This document shows, in pieces, positions 16,701 through 23,112 of a DNA stretch of 40,152 nucleotides. This DNA is from an uncultured candidatus Brocadiaceae bacterium (GTDB taxonomy: Bacteria > Planctomycetota > Brocadiia > Brocadiales > Brocadiaceae), in contig CAYHFB010000001.1 of the NCBI GenBank assembly GCA_964355695.1, forward strand, positions 1 to 40,152. Reading direction: 5' to 3'. Each line of letters opens with the position of its first letter. Position 1 is the first letter of the stretch. The notes beneath the pieces were generated by a model. That model saw only the letters and a list, made by a program, of their open reading frames with translations, did not search any database and was not told the origin of the DNA. A program made the translations under genes and the position numbers.

Positions 16701-19571
16701 AGCAAGAACGCCCTCATGGTCGTTTTCTTCTAACTCTTTTTCTACCCATTGTTTTGCTTCTTCTTTTGGCAGTTCGGGGTCAAGAATCGCCTCAACAATT
16801 TCGTCAGGCATATTCTCGATAATATCAACCGCCTCTTTGGTATGTTCTTCTATGAAAGGAATATCTACTATTGGCGTTGCTTCTTCGGGCTTTATTTCAG
16901 ATTTACTTAACTTCTCGCTTTCCTGTGCTATCTGAATGTCCAATACCAAATCTTCATTTCGTTTGGTTATCTTCCTCCCTTTTGAATCTCTTAAGGTAAA
17001 TGAAACAACCGTTCCTTTTTTGTTTTTATTGGCGTTTAGGATGGTAAAACTTTCATCACCGATGGTTAAATTGTCGCCCTGTGTTGTTATTTTGGCTTGT
17101 TCCGGTTCGGGTATTGCAGCTTGTTCCTTTGCGGTTATTTCGCTTGCTGTTTCATTGCCGATTAATTCAATGACAGTATCGTCCGTTTCAAAGGTTAGTT
17201 TACCACCTTCGTCTTGCAGTATTTCGCCTTGCTTGCCTTGAAATAAAACGGATTTACCGATTAATTTATTTACTTCTTCTTTGGGGCTTGCTTTGGCAGT
17301 TTCTTCCCCTTGCTGCTGTTGTCCCACTCCTTCACGTTCACTCCCTGTTTTTCCAGTTTCTCCTTGTTGGCGTGGAAGTACGCCCTCTGCTTTTGACTTT
17401 TGTATGGCATGGCTTGTTATGTTGGTTAAATTGTTTTCTTCTACTTCGAGTTCAAGTTTTTCGGCTACTACGGCAGACTTTTCTTTCCCCTCAATCTTTG
17501 CCCTAAGTTTTTGTATCTTCTGCAAAACAGGTAAAGCTCGTTTTACTTGTTCGGTTGTTAATCCATCAGGAAGACTGTTAATAAGGCCGCCTGTGCTTCT
17601 CCAATTGTCTAATTGTTCTTTAGCCTCGTCAGGGGTTAATTCTCCCTGATTAACTTTAATTTGAAGCGATGTTTCAACAGCTTGCCCTATTGTCGGGTCA
17701 TTAATTGTTTCCCTTGTAACCTCTAATTCTGTGTCGGAAAGTTTGGAATAATCTTTGGATTTATAGGCTGTGCTTATTGCGGAAGGTGCGCCTAATATTA
17801 AACCACCAATCGCTTCCTGTGCGCCTGCATAAGCTACTTGCTTTACACCTTCATAGAAACTGTCGGGCGTTTCAAACATCTCCTTTTTCTTGATAGCATT
17901 ATAAACTTCCTTTACGCCAATATCAACAAATTCCTGTGATGCACCCGTTTCGGCTTCTGCCAATCCGCCTGCAGTCATTATCAATGCGCCTTTGGCAATC
18001 CTATTTTTAATGTCTTGCTCGACCATTTCCTTAAATGACCTTGCCGTTGTGTTTTTGGTAGATTTGCCAATCGCACTTAAAACCAAATCGTTTAACAAAC
18101 CTTTGCTTGCTACAGCATTCCTAAAACCATAATATTCTAACATCGCACCCGGTATTCCAATAAGCGACTTAATAAGTAGTTTTTCGTTTTCAGATACGTT
18201 TTCGAAATCAGGGTTCTTGTCCATTTCCTGGTCTAACCCATCTGCGATTTGAGCAAACATAACAAGTGGCATCCCTTCGGCTGCTAACATTGCAGGAACA
18301 GACCCTACAAGTCCTCCGATTGCACCTTTTACAAATCCTACGTTTTGCTCGTATTCTTTTGTTACAGTTTGGTCTTTTGCAAAATCTAATGATTTGCGTA
18401 TTATAGGTAAATCTTGTTTTTTTATTTGTTTTTTTATGGCATCTTTCTCCTTGTCGGACATGTTAGGACCATGTCGAGAAGATGCCAATGCGTACGCATA
18501 AAGTCCTGATGGTTCTGAGTAATCCACAGCAAGCCCATAAAGTCCTGATGCTGCGCCTGTAAATCCTCCAAGCAACTGATTCCATAAATAGCCCGAAGTA
18601 GTTCCTTGTTCGGCTTTCATAGCAATATACTTGCCTATGTTCTGCTGTAGTTTTATTTCATCCTGTTCTAACTCTTTATGTTTTGTTTCTAATTGAGCTT
18701 TCCTTGCATCGTATTCTTCTCCAAAAGGCATCAAGGTTAATTCCTCTAAACCCTTTTGATAGCTGCGTTGCTCCATGTGGAGTAACTGATTGGTAGCCAC
18801 AATTTCTTTTTCGTTAAGGAATCTTTTATTGTAGGCATCCTGATTTGCCAAAGACTTAGAAAATAAATCTTCTTTTTTATTGGCACGAATAAAATCTTGT
18901 AACTGTTTTGATTGAACAACCTCGTCTTTGGTAAGGCGAATGTCCATTGTTTTTCCGTTTGGCGCAGTCACCTTCATGGCATTTCCACTTCCTTTTTCTT
19001 CAAACTTGAATTCAAAGTCATTAAATTGATTATTGAGTTCCGGAACAACGGTCTCTTCGGCTACACTTAATAGTTCAGGTGTAATAGCGGTTAGTGCCTT
19101 TCCAAAATCTTCGGGAGAATTTCTTTTGGGTGTTACTATTGGTTTGGTTGGAATAACCTTTTCCGTTGGCTGTATCTCTCCAACGTTAGGCGTATCAAGC
19201 GATTTATCTATTTCGCTTAACGGCTGTTGGGGGATAAATGGTGCTTCTGTTGGTTGTTCGGCAGGTATTGGTTGTAATGGCTTCTTAGGCGGTGTTCCAA
19301 TAGGAGATGCTATTGCTTTTTCCCAAGATAAAGGTTGATTAGTTGCAAGCGGACTATTCGGAGTTCCTTCTGAACCCGAAGAACCATCCTTTGTAGGTGA
19401 CGCCGTAACTTGTTCTTTTTTTTTTACATCAGTAATCACCATATCCTTATATTCAGGATATTTCGCAAGCATTTTTGCAGCTAATTCTGAATCAGGCATA
19501 TCCTTGTATTGGGGATACTTGGCTTTTAGCTTCTGCCCAAATTGCTCTAATGTTAATAGTCCGTCTGGCAT
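7761..19571 (-). CDS. Giant (3,936 aa) multidomain protein in the T7 gp16-like position. It is a candidate internal virion or ejection protein with GNAT-like, ParB/Srx-like and SNF2-type helicase modules (polyvalent-protein-like).
   Basis: The ORF is uninterrupted.
- aa 17-25 and 36-44 carry a duplicated AKYP[QE]YKDM.
- aa ~323-603 contain Gly/Ala-rich hydrophobic segments, for example GYLWNQLLGGFTGAASGLYGLAV and GAIGGLVGSVPAMLAAEGMPLVMFAQIA.
- aa ~1164-1270 look GNAT-like (LQRQGIGTDFY...KPFWERLVRLGY).
- aa ~1337-1430 look ParB/Srx-like (KDGIVLDGNNRTMSRKLAA; M1417 is at 15321-15323).
- The helicase has Walker A GAGVGKT (aa 1935-1941, nt 13749-13769), DEAH (2014-2017), TATP, TKSGGTGINL and QLYGRVSRR (Q2365 at 12477-12479).
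- K/E coiled coils follow, with an exact repeat, and the C-terminal region is hydrophobic and helical. Confidence 0.85.
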   Translation of the reverse strand: MPDGLLTLEQFGQKLKAKYPQYKDMPDSELAAKMLAKYPEYKDMVITDVKKKEQVTASPTKDGSSGSEGTPNSPLATNQPLSWEKAIASPIGTPPKKPLQPIPAEQPTEAPFIPQQPLSEIDKSLDTPNVGEIQPTEKVIPTKPIVTPKRNSPEDFGKALTAITPELLSVAEETVVPELNNQFNDFEFKFEEKGSGNAMKVTAPNGKTMDIRLTKDEVVQSKQLQDFIRANKKEDLFSKSLANQDAYNKRFLNEKEIVATNQLLHMEQRSYQKGLEELTLMPFGEEYDARKAQLETKHKELEQDEIKLQQNIGKYIAMKAEQGTTSGYLWNQLLGGFTGAASGLYGLAVDYSEPSGLYAYALASSRHGPNMSDKEKDAIKKQIKKQDLPIIRKSLDFAKDQTVTKEYEQNVGFVKGAIGGLVGSVPAMLAAEGMPLVMFAQIADGLDQEMDKNPDFENVSENEKLLIKSLIGIPGAMLEYYGFRNAVASKGLLNDLVLSAIGKSTKNTTARSFKEMVEQDIKNRIAKGALIMTAGGLAEAETGASQEFVDIGVKEVYNAIKKKEMFETPDSFYEGVKQVAYAGAQEAIGGLILGAPSAISTAYKSKDYSKLSDTELEVTRETINDPTIGQAVETSLQIKVNQGELTPDEAKEQLDNWRSTGGLINSLPDGLTTEQVKRALPVLQKIQKLRAKIEGKEKSAVVAEKLELEVEENNLTNITSHAIQKSKAEGVLPRQQGETGKTGSEREGVGQQQQGEETAKASPKEEVNKLIGKSVLFQGKQGEILQDEGGKLTFETDDTVIELIGNETASEITAKEQAAIPEPEQAKITTQGDNLTIGDESFTILNANKNKKGTVVSFTLRDSKGRKITKRNEDLVLDIQIAQESEKLSKSEIKPEEATPIVDIPFIEEHTKEAVDIIENMPDEIVEAILDPELPKEEAKQWVEKELEENDHEGVLAILNKIKEQLDEKPKTERPIETDVVKPTTKATDVTADVKPVNKKTDTETKTEQTESVEKVSVGVGGDVIENKINKASLIENDAERKKALDEIYNSDEYKKYIADAEHGLKNNPTQVADGKGKGTWRKEFNETKDAMRKKDILRAVADVSTDKTELNDISEAAKGLPGGLRPEINQAVDHKLQSLKETPKAETPKETQKEAEVLPEIEMSGERIVDGVKIISYKIKGWGDDSVFSVEPNKDGYIIHMAIVPMGLQRQGIGTDFYIKINKESIEKTGYPLRSSERLSDSAGKPFWERLVRLGYAEKTTEGKFQFIYNKPTEEKRKQRSKEIAEKKALKEKAEKELEEIKKREVGTQNYKEGKNQLVGRKRTKTIANGEEITGRYKVVSADDVLASHNEETFSQTVGFPVREDGTTPNDRDYKQDKNAQSEVIKIAGELNDKAIDQTPVVSKDGIVLDGNNRTMSRKLAAKNGTDAKYLAALKENAEAYGIDPNEIDTVKNPMLVFETDTDMPYTTETFKKFNVTEKKEKSPIDRAIEVSKTITDPVRESLFLIFGNAENMSDVTSTPSKVKEIMKLFLDNKILVSAEMPRYFDVSRLVATKEGVEFLKSLMLGSALSEKAIRTLGLEGNGDIKNKLLAALVPLIKNRAMGDNSLQNEVERAIEMNQEARNYGQTLEAYAIQEDLLVEKNVTASELAVAMALGKEESFKQFINSYNEEAGKFDLFAGKQTDKSDIIGRYLDKKLKGSPKVIANLIRNEAEKQGDVPESGVEKPIQEADKLIGETPKDKIVFERNTEKIKAELDAIDDLLGDLGKPDFTVGGLSKIDKLSEIVGRLVKVGYYKIEDIAKYLAEKGMNEWIPYLKEAFKHFKANNILSTEVLTSISNDTEINRFDPSSTGYNGQVPEKGAAQNIQGGQTPIGASGGTGGRRPPIRIADEANLPTPKKEHVVAGKYDIDETQRFGANVAIDRFDNGHKAFLLADGAGVGKTREQLVMGAEMQKKTGKKTLIVTESQAIIDDSFAKDAKALGIDISDTDKWEIGTYYDLTAGKIGKGDYGVAIYDEAHNLKNPMAARSIQQSKVESKHNVFATATPYDKIEHSIFFFSQLTGRTPKEIQKEVGVDIEYHKGKDGEMYAVAKTSTGPKDYYEKTDALRGEVVKGGGILRREYPFYGEMEAKQVQMSDKAKKQVNEIDLIHSNRLDNADNIAIGRIVNSMLSPKREGGEFGAFKADLGNKLAFNGLFDKIKKDYEAGTGQYYSMAKEAVDKFKYEERKAQLANLDKINEQDKVQTMYDAVKKDLAEGKKSIVVAQFSGKHVIKAGTKDSKYGFYEKGIAAEETLLHQLAKRLVGEGISVARIYGGIKENEKFQQGKADVVLMTTKSGGTGINLDDVVGDKPRVMHIATSEYSGNKTEQLYGRVSRRNTQSSAKINSYFFEGNMADANRKKRSDEKQETIRSIVAGRELSEVDRQKIKESAEGLAEAKQEREVKPEKPKGVQLESISEKAFVVRGDTFAIKDKIKELGGTWNNNQKAWMFPEFKRAKVEEALKEQINNIANEPKGTNIVNEPTKKGKLISEIKSKPLTRTIGTGMGNNEMAGTFISTEAVNRYADMAKDVKSVTVDIENPYQLKNADELITLQNEALQGAKEKFAKDNPEINDYPEFAEAKSLDDAGLEVAYANGFGKYLAEEVTANLKDKGYDSAYLSGDVDEGMLVVFDKSKVTLGESVKGLTPDQQIAQGKKQLKDLITGKGGKLYDITTIPAEVIAAMSKIAIGYARKGVQAFIAEMRRVSGKYLNRVTDKDLEDLFNKANNIEEEAASKPVSPEPIVEKVTDTFASLVNKDIKSDEIRETLNNIERETKRELTSEEKEYQRTVRLDAIQHGFDVVEAAKVEFGSDYVSKLLAYLDENVQAKDIDTRSLILISLELDLERQIAQNPSNKLTLEKQLKLVRDISTKQQRAAAIATGYGILRQMARVGYDITEVTEEMFTSSEATQRKKTVKSVESDINSINKEAEEFEINNVPDEVKEKANRIREGNRKKVAKKYDLIFESAKRDAIAEKVAKGLEQGNSIESTISELVEKGEMKAKNKQAAIDFFNEIESQNTPKTPEQRLQDRKERIKKSIDDINEQIENKKRELIARKEDVADDELKSLQVEKKARLAVLNEIDPDIDKSEKAIVTRLTNEIEKIDKQINDGKRAESEGKKNPLSTTQIESLKAEKKARLAVLNEIDPIKSKLVKDALIEAGFGREITVTTKTGKEKRTILDWKKLAGEEGSIENIEANVTNYLKDKGYSDGEIARMSDALQKEYNSLRQSIIEKSANELNKGNQKKLTADQKTAAQRLAEMYNYGLFEQNPDSYDYLINKLLGISDVSQGTFFKLKELARGLSELYSAKIGESRIDPFNLKHGINEIKNKIRITLNEELKNQKGAGKLRVAKFVQAYWEVSNRMMLNTVKQRIENPLSGLTQASISTLQAMLAKGLGSPELRKHRRKMMTTIMKDIYQNGATFFGETNSAFITKGELDDYINKQSDSKLYHTIMSELIGRGHLEAMDAMYKSLLTDMYFVQNLTRILTHPSNPNGAMTKRDAISYISETLTGQNFTDAQVLAKETIDKINGKTQIVPDNQQSIDRLANDIVRQALLQHGKVTTKQLKAAYESAYTSAGYDMGHEANNPISAFLTAGNSRIETNLKQATKNKEWGSAVWYTIMQIGTRNILNPFVGGGTNWTVLKAQKAGIDFISALYNIAQPKKIDLSDEANSRTLENNLTNRLKSRAVNARMLFGGIASMLTYIAFKATGADDDYDEWLQKNPWAKKYANLGIAEWVIVATALENDELAYYLASTFNKVPAYDDAANLIKGLDEIDKGKGGAKVGKAIGSQFNTPLPWRMSRDIESIYRGISGSEQRSKTPKAEDFIDGWFKSGMVEYINAEEGTNKKETTSSSPDKEFIKQLNPALYELKYGDNPHRERLKQLKKERKEKLDAIKKRAYGN
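10032..10073. repeat. 42-bp perfect direct repeat, copy 1 (inside the giant ORF)
   Basis: AGGGTCAATTTCATTTAATACTGCTAACCTTGCTTTCTTTTC on the plus strand, identical to 10221-10262. It encodes EKKARLAVLNEIDP. Confidence 0.9.
10221..10262. repeat. 42-bp perfect direct repeat, copy 2 (inside the giant ORF)
   Basis: Identical to 10032-10073. The offset is 189 nt (63 codons, in frame). Confidence 0.9.
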
Positions 19572-21109
19572 TATCTTATCCCTAATGGGTCATTTGCAGG
19601 TGTTGGATTTGCAGGTGCAGTTTTCTTTCCACTCAATAATCCTCCCTTATAATAATCTTCTAATTCCTTGTCTTTTCCTGCTTTATCAGCGATTAGGTAT
19701 TTCTTAATGTTGTTCATTATACTCTTCCCGTAGTCAAAAGTTTGGACTGTCTTTCCGTCACTCACCACATTAATAGCTATAGGTTTCTTTTTATCTTCCT
19801 CGTCATACTGTACTAAGAAGATATACCCGAATTTACCATAAGCGGTATTAAGTTCCTTAATCTCATTCTCAGGATGTGCGGACAAATCTTTGCTCGCGTC
19901 CTGTTTCCAATTCCACGCTCCGTCAACATACTTAGCCCATTCATCAATGTAACTCGATTCTCCTTTTCCTTCTGGGTGTAATTTTTGATATTCAAATTTT
20001 TCTCTGTCAAGTGCCTGTGCGCTATTAGCCCGCCTATTTTGCTCTGCACTAAAATCAGTTAAATCTACCCTATCAGTACTAATCTTTTGGTGAACTGCTG
20101 CTTTGGTTTGTGTTATAAGATAATCCTCCGCCTCCTTCTTTTGAGCATCTGTCAGTTGTGGCTGAAACCTACCCGTATTGTCCATAACCATTAAAATCTT
20201 ATGGTTAGGGTCTTTTTTATATTCTTCTTCGGAATATACCAAATTATACGTTCCAATGTCCTCTGTTAGTATTGACATTACATTATCAGGGTTGCTTTCG
20301 GTATAAGATTTAACCGAAGCTAATAAGGCATCCATTGAAGTTGTATTGCCTTTTACACCCCTTGTATTGGTGGTTTGCAAGGCATCGTCAATCGTCATCT
20401 TAACGCCTCTATCGTTTAGCTTACCTGCTTCTATTGTTTCAATAACAACGGGGGCAAGGTGTTTTGCTATGGTCTGTGCTGCCGATGCAGACTGAAAGTA
20501 ATCATATTTTTGAGGTATTGCCCTATAAAGGTTGCTTGCTGATATTATTTCATTGGAAGGAACAAGAACACCGTCTTTCCCTTTTTTCATTATAGCAAGA
20601 TTAACAACTCCTGTTTTCGGGTCTTGGATTATTTTCCAATTGTTGTTTGCAAAGTTTTCTATAAATGCTGCCGAAGTCCATTCTGCTTGTTGTGATTTTT
20701 TTGCAGGGTCTTTGGAATACATCCGTTCTTTTTTCATTGCAGCATCCTTCTGAAAAAGCTCCTGTGCTTTGAAGATTTGCTCTGTTCCGGTCTTGGTGTT
20801 TGCTATAAAAACAGAATAATCCTTTGGCGATAGTTTGCCTGATTTTAGCAGCCTGTTATTAAGCAATAACCCTTGTGTTATGTCATGGGCGGCAGTAAGT
20901 GTTTTCTCGTTCATATTGGCATCTTCGCCAATTTTCACATCACCTATTTTTTTAATCGTTTCCTGTGTTGCCGCTTCGAGTGCTGCTTTTCTATTTTCCC
21001 TATCTTTTGCTTCATCGGCCAACACCTTGGTCATGTCAGAACCAATCTTTGACCAATCTATCTGACTGTCTGCCTGCTTCTCTGCGTATTTATAAAATTC
21101 GGTTGGCAT
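19571..21109 (-). CDS. Hypothetical protein; internal virion protein candidate (T7 gp15-like position)
   Basis: 512-aa ORF directly upstream of the giant ORF, with which it shares one base. The call rests on synteny only; I recognise no motif. Confidence 0.7.
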   Translation of the reverse strand: MPTEFYKYAEKQADSQIDWSKIGSDMTKVLADEAKDRENRKAALEAATQETIKKIGDVKIGEDANMNEKTLTAAHDITQGLLLNNRLLKSGKLSPKDYSVFIANTKTGTEQIFKAQELFQKDAAMKKERMYSKDPAKKSQQAEWTSAAFIENFANNNWKIIQDPKTGVVNLAIMKKGKDGVLVPSNEIISASNLYRAIPQKYDYFQSASAAQTIAKHLAPVVIETIEAGKLNDRGVKMTIDDALQTTNTRGVKGNTTSMDALLASVKSYTESNPDNVMSILTEDIGTYNLVYSEEEYKKDPNHKILMVMDNTGRFQPQLTDAQKKEAEDYLITQTKAAVHQKISTDRVDLTDFSAEQNRRANSAQALDREKFEYQKLHPEGKGESSYIDEWAKYVDGAWNWKQDASKDLSAHPENEIKELNTAYGKFGYIFLVQYDEEDKKKPIAINVVSDGKTVQTFDYGKSIMNNIKKYLIADKAGKDKELEDYYKGGLLSGKKTAPANPTPANDPLGIR

Positions 21110-21111
21110 CT

Positions 21112-21885
21112 TTAATATCCATCAATTGAATTGTCTGAAACTGGAAATTTATAATTTTTTAAACCTATTTCCTTTTGCTGCGTTGTTAAAAGTTTTAGGA
21201 AATCCGCCTCGTTCATACCTGATGCTAAAAGTGCTTCTGCGTAAGACATAGGTGTTCCGTTAGTTGTGAATTTTGGGTCTAAAGCATTTGTAGATACAGC
21301 CGTTTTGTATGCTTGTTCTGCGGGATTAACTCCTGTATTCGGATACAAAGCAGGCAATTTAGCAACCTGTCCTGCCAAAGATGTTACCCCTTCCATGCCT
21401 TGCATAAAAGACTGATTTGCTAACATATTATTGTTTCGTGCTGCTAACTGCGCGCCTTCAACCGTTCCTAAATCTAACCCTACTCCAATATCTCTTAACC
21501 TTCCTTCCTCTGTTGCAACCAACTTATTCAATCCCATAATGTCGTTACCCATAGCAGAAGCAATATTTCTTTGACCTTGGTTTTGTGCCATTTGAATCTG
21601 ACCTGCTACACTTGCCGCACCACGTTCTGATTCTACACCTGCCTGAATAGATTGCGCCCCCGCCGAAATTAAAGCATCCCGTTCAATCTGATACGGTTCT
21701 TTGGCAATACCTAACCCCTTATAAAAATTAACTTCCAATTTTTTACGGGCTTCTTGCATTGCATTTGCGGCTCCGTTCTCTGCTTCTTTTTGCAGTTTTC
21801 GTTGTTTTGATGCTTGCGCAAAAGAGAAACCTGTTGTTGCGGCTGTCAATCCAAGACCTATTGCCGCTGTTGTAGCTATTGGCAT
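21112..21885 (-). CDS. Hypothetical protein with a Gly/Ala-rich hydrophobic N-terminus; internal virion protein candidate (T7 gp14-like position)
   Basis: 257 aa. The N-terminus is MPIATTAAIGLGLTAATTGFSFAQ, and the rest is rich in Q, A, G and N. The functional guess rests on synteny only. Confidence 0.65.
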   Translation of the reverse strand: MPIATTAAIGLGLTAATTGFSFAQASKQRKLQKEAENGAANAMQEARKKLEVNFYKGLGIAKEPYQIERDALISAGAQSIQAGVESERGAASVAGQIQMAQNQGQRNIASAMGNDIMGLNKLVATEEGRLRDIGVGLDLGTVEGAQLAARNNNMLANQSFMQGMEGVTSLAGQVAKLPALYPNTGVNPAEQAYKTAVSTNALDPKFTTNGTPMSYAEALLASGMNEADFLKLLTTQQKEIGLKNYKFPVSDNSIDGY

Positions 21886-22277
21886 ACCTTTATCATTTCT
21901 GTTGCCGAATCTCCTTTGAAATACCCAAGGGATTCGTATGTTTTAATTAATCCTTCGTGTTTCAGTAAAGCGTACATGTATTTATATCCGCTTTTAACAC
22001 CTATGTTTGTCAATGAATCTACCAACAAAGTTATTGCTTTTTTTCTTTTTTCTTTATGTCGGTACTCTTTATTTGAAATAATCCAATCAATCCAACATGC
22101 TTTTGAGTTCGTTGCGTAAATAAATCCTGCACAAATAGGAATTTCTTTATCCAAAATCATTATGCCACCCGTTCCCATGTCTGGTAAAAAATCTTTCTCA
22201 GGAGCAACCCATCCCCAGTCGTTCCAAAATCCACAAAGGGTTTCATAGTCTGTATCTATCAACGGGCGTATCGTCAT
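21876..22277 (-). CDS. GNAT-family acetyltransferase-like protein
   Basis: I use the ATG at 22275-22277 (MTIRPLIDTDYETL...), which forms an ATGA overlap with the HNH gene stop; the ORF-track start at 22343 lies inside that gene. The protein is 133 aa and has a GNAT-like layout: ...GGIMILDKEIPICAGFIYATNSKACWIDWIISNKEYRHKEKRKKAITLLVDSL...TYESLGYFKG. The canonical Q/RxxGxG/A motif is degenerate. Confidence 0.55.
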   Translation of the reverse strand: MTIRPLIDTDYETLCGFWNDWGWVAPEKDFLPDMGTGGIMILDKEIPICAGFIYATNSKACWIDWIISNKEYRHKEKRKKAITLLVDSLTNIGVKSGYKYMYALLKHEGLIKTYESLGYFKGDSATEMIKVCQ

Positions 22278-23101
22278 GGAAAAAGTTCTTTTAGTTTGAC
22301 TTGTCGGGCTTCGTAGGCTTCGAGTTCGGTATGAAACCGACAACTAACTATCTGCTTGCCTTCGTGTCTTATTGTATAAGACCACCTTTTATTCCTTTCA
22401 AACCACCATACACCAAGATATTTGCTTGTTTCTGTCCGCTTCGGAACAGTTACAAATGTTCCTTCGTTAATTTCTTTCAATGCCCTTTGGTATGCATGAT
22501 GCGCTTCTAATTCTGTTTTAAACCACCCTAATCCTATCTGTTTGTTTTCAAAATAAATTGAAGCCATCCATCTTTTAGCTTTCGTTAACCAACAAACGCC
22601 TGTATATTGGCTTGTTGTTTTAATTGCCAAATATCCCTGTGATACGTTTTGCCTGTTAGTAAACCATCTAAAATTATCAAGCCTATTATCGTGCCTAAAA
22701 CCATTTCTATGGTCAACCATTGGTAGGTTTTTAGGATTAGGAATGAAGGCCTCTGCCATAAGACGGTGAACTCGATACGCCCTTGCCTTACCTTCTTTAC
22801 TTAAATTAACACTCCAATACCCCTTACTATCAATAGAAGCCTTTAAAATTCTTTCTTTTAAAATCATATAAGACGTATCACCATTCTTAATTCGTCTTTC
22901 CAATGACTTTACTCTTGCAAAAGTGCTTATCTGATACAACCACTCATACCCTTTTACATCTTTCCAAACTTCCAAATCTAATTGCAATTGTTTCATTTTA
23001 AAAAATCCTTCCGTATTGCAAAGGCTATTCAGTCGTGGAGAATCCACAAATGACAATGCAATAGGAAGGGAATTTTTAATATTTTCAAAACTGAATAGCA
23101 T
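22274..23101 (-). CDS. Free-standing HNH homing endonuclease with a NUMOD4-like N-terminus and two AP2-like DNA-binding repeats
   Basis: - NUMOD4-like region: EVWKDVKGYEWLYQISTFARVKS.
- HNH core: VDHRNGFRHDNRLDNFRWFTNRQN.
- AP2-like repeats: YTGVCWLTKAKRWMASIYFENKQIGLGWFKTELEAHHAYQRA and YLGVWWFERNKRWSYTIRHEGKQIVSCRFHTELEAYEARQ.

The true start may be the ATG at 22994-22996 (MKQLQLDLEVWKDV...), which is the usual position relative to NUMOD4. Confidence 0.85.
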   Translation of the reverse strand: MLFSFENIKNSLPIALSFVDSPRLNSLCNTEGFFKMKQLQLDLEVWKDVKGYEWLYQISTFARVKSLERRIKNGDTSYMILKERILKASIDSKGYWSVNLSKEGKARAYRVHRLMAEAFIPNPKNLPMVDHRNGFRHDNRLDNFRWFTNRQNVSQGYLAIKTTSQYTGVCWLTKAKRWMASIYFENKQIGLGWFKTELEAHHAYQRALKEINEGTFVTVPKRTETSKYLGVWWFERNKRWSYTIRHEGKQIVSCRFHTELEAYEARQVKLKELFP

Positions 23102-23112
23102 GGCAAATATAA

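Noticed and set aside
16249-16935. Long plus-strand ORFs inside the giant gene: 228 aa here, and also 9871..10422, 10447..11034, 11296..11745, 14299..14700, 14815..15174 and 17281..17649.
   Set aside because: They are antisense to a K/E/T-rich coding frame. Their products are low-complexity S/F/L/C-rich strings with no start context. They are the expected shadow ORFs of AT-rich, purine-skewed coding sequence.
7761-19571. I looked in the giant ORF for DNA methyltransferase motifs ((D/N)PP(Y/F/W), FxGxG), zincin HExxH, lytic transglycosylase or lysozyme motifs, and intein or HNH insertions.
   Set aside because: I could see none by eye. The near-misses (GHEANN, DEAHNL as part of the helicase, GHLEAMD) do not fit the motifs. 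Absence by eye is weak evidence and needs profile searches.
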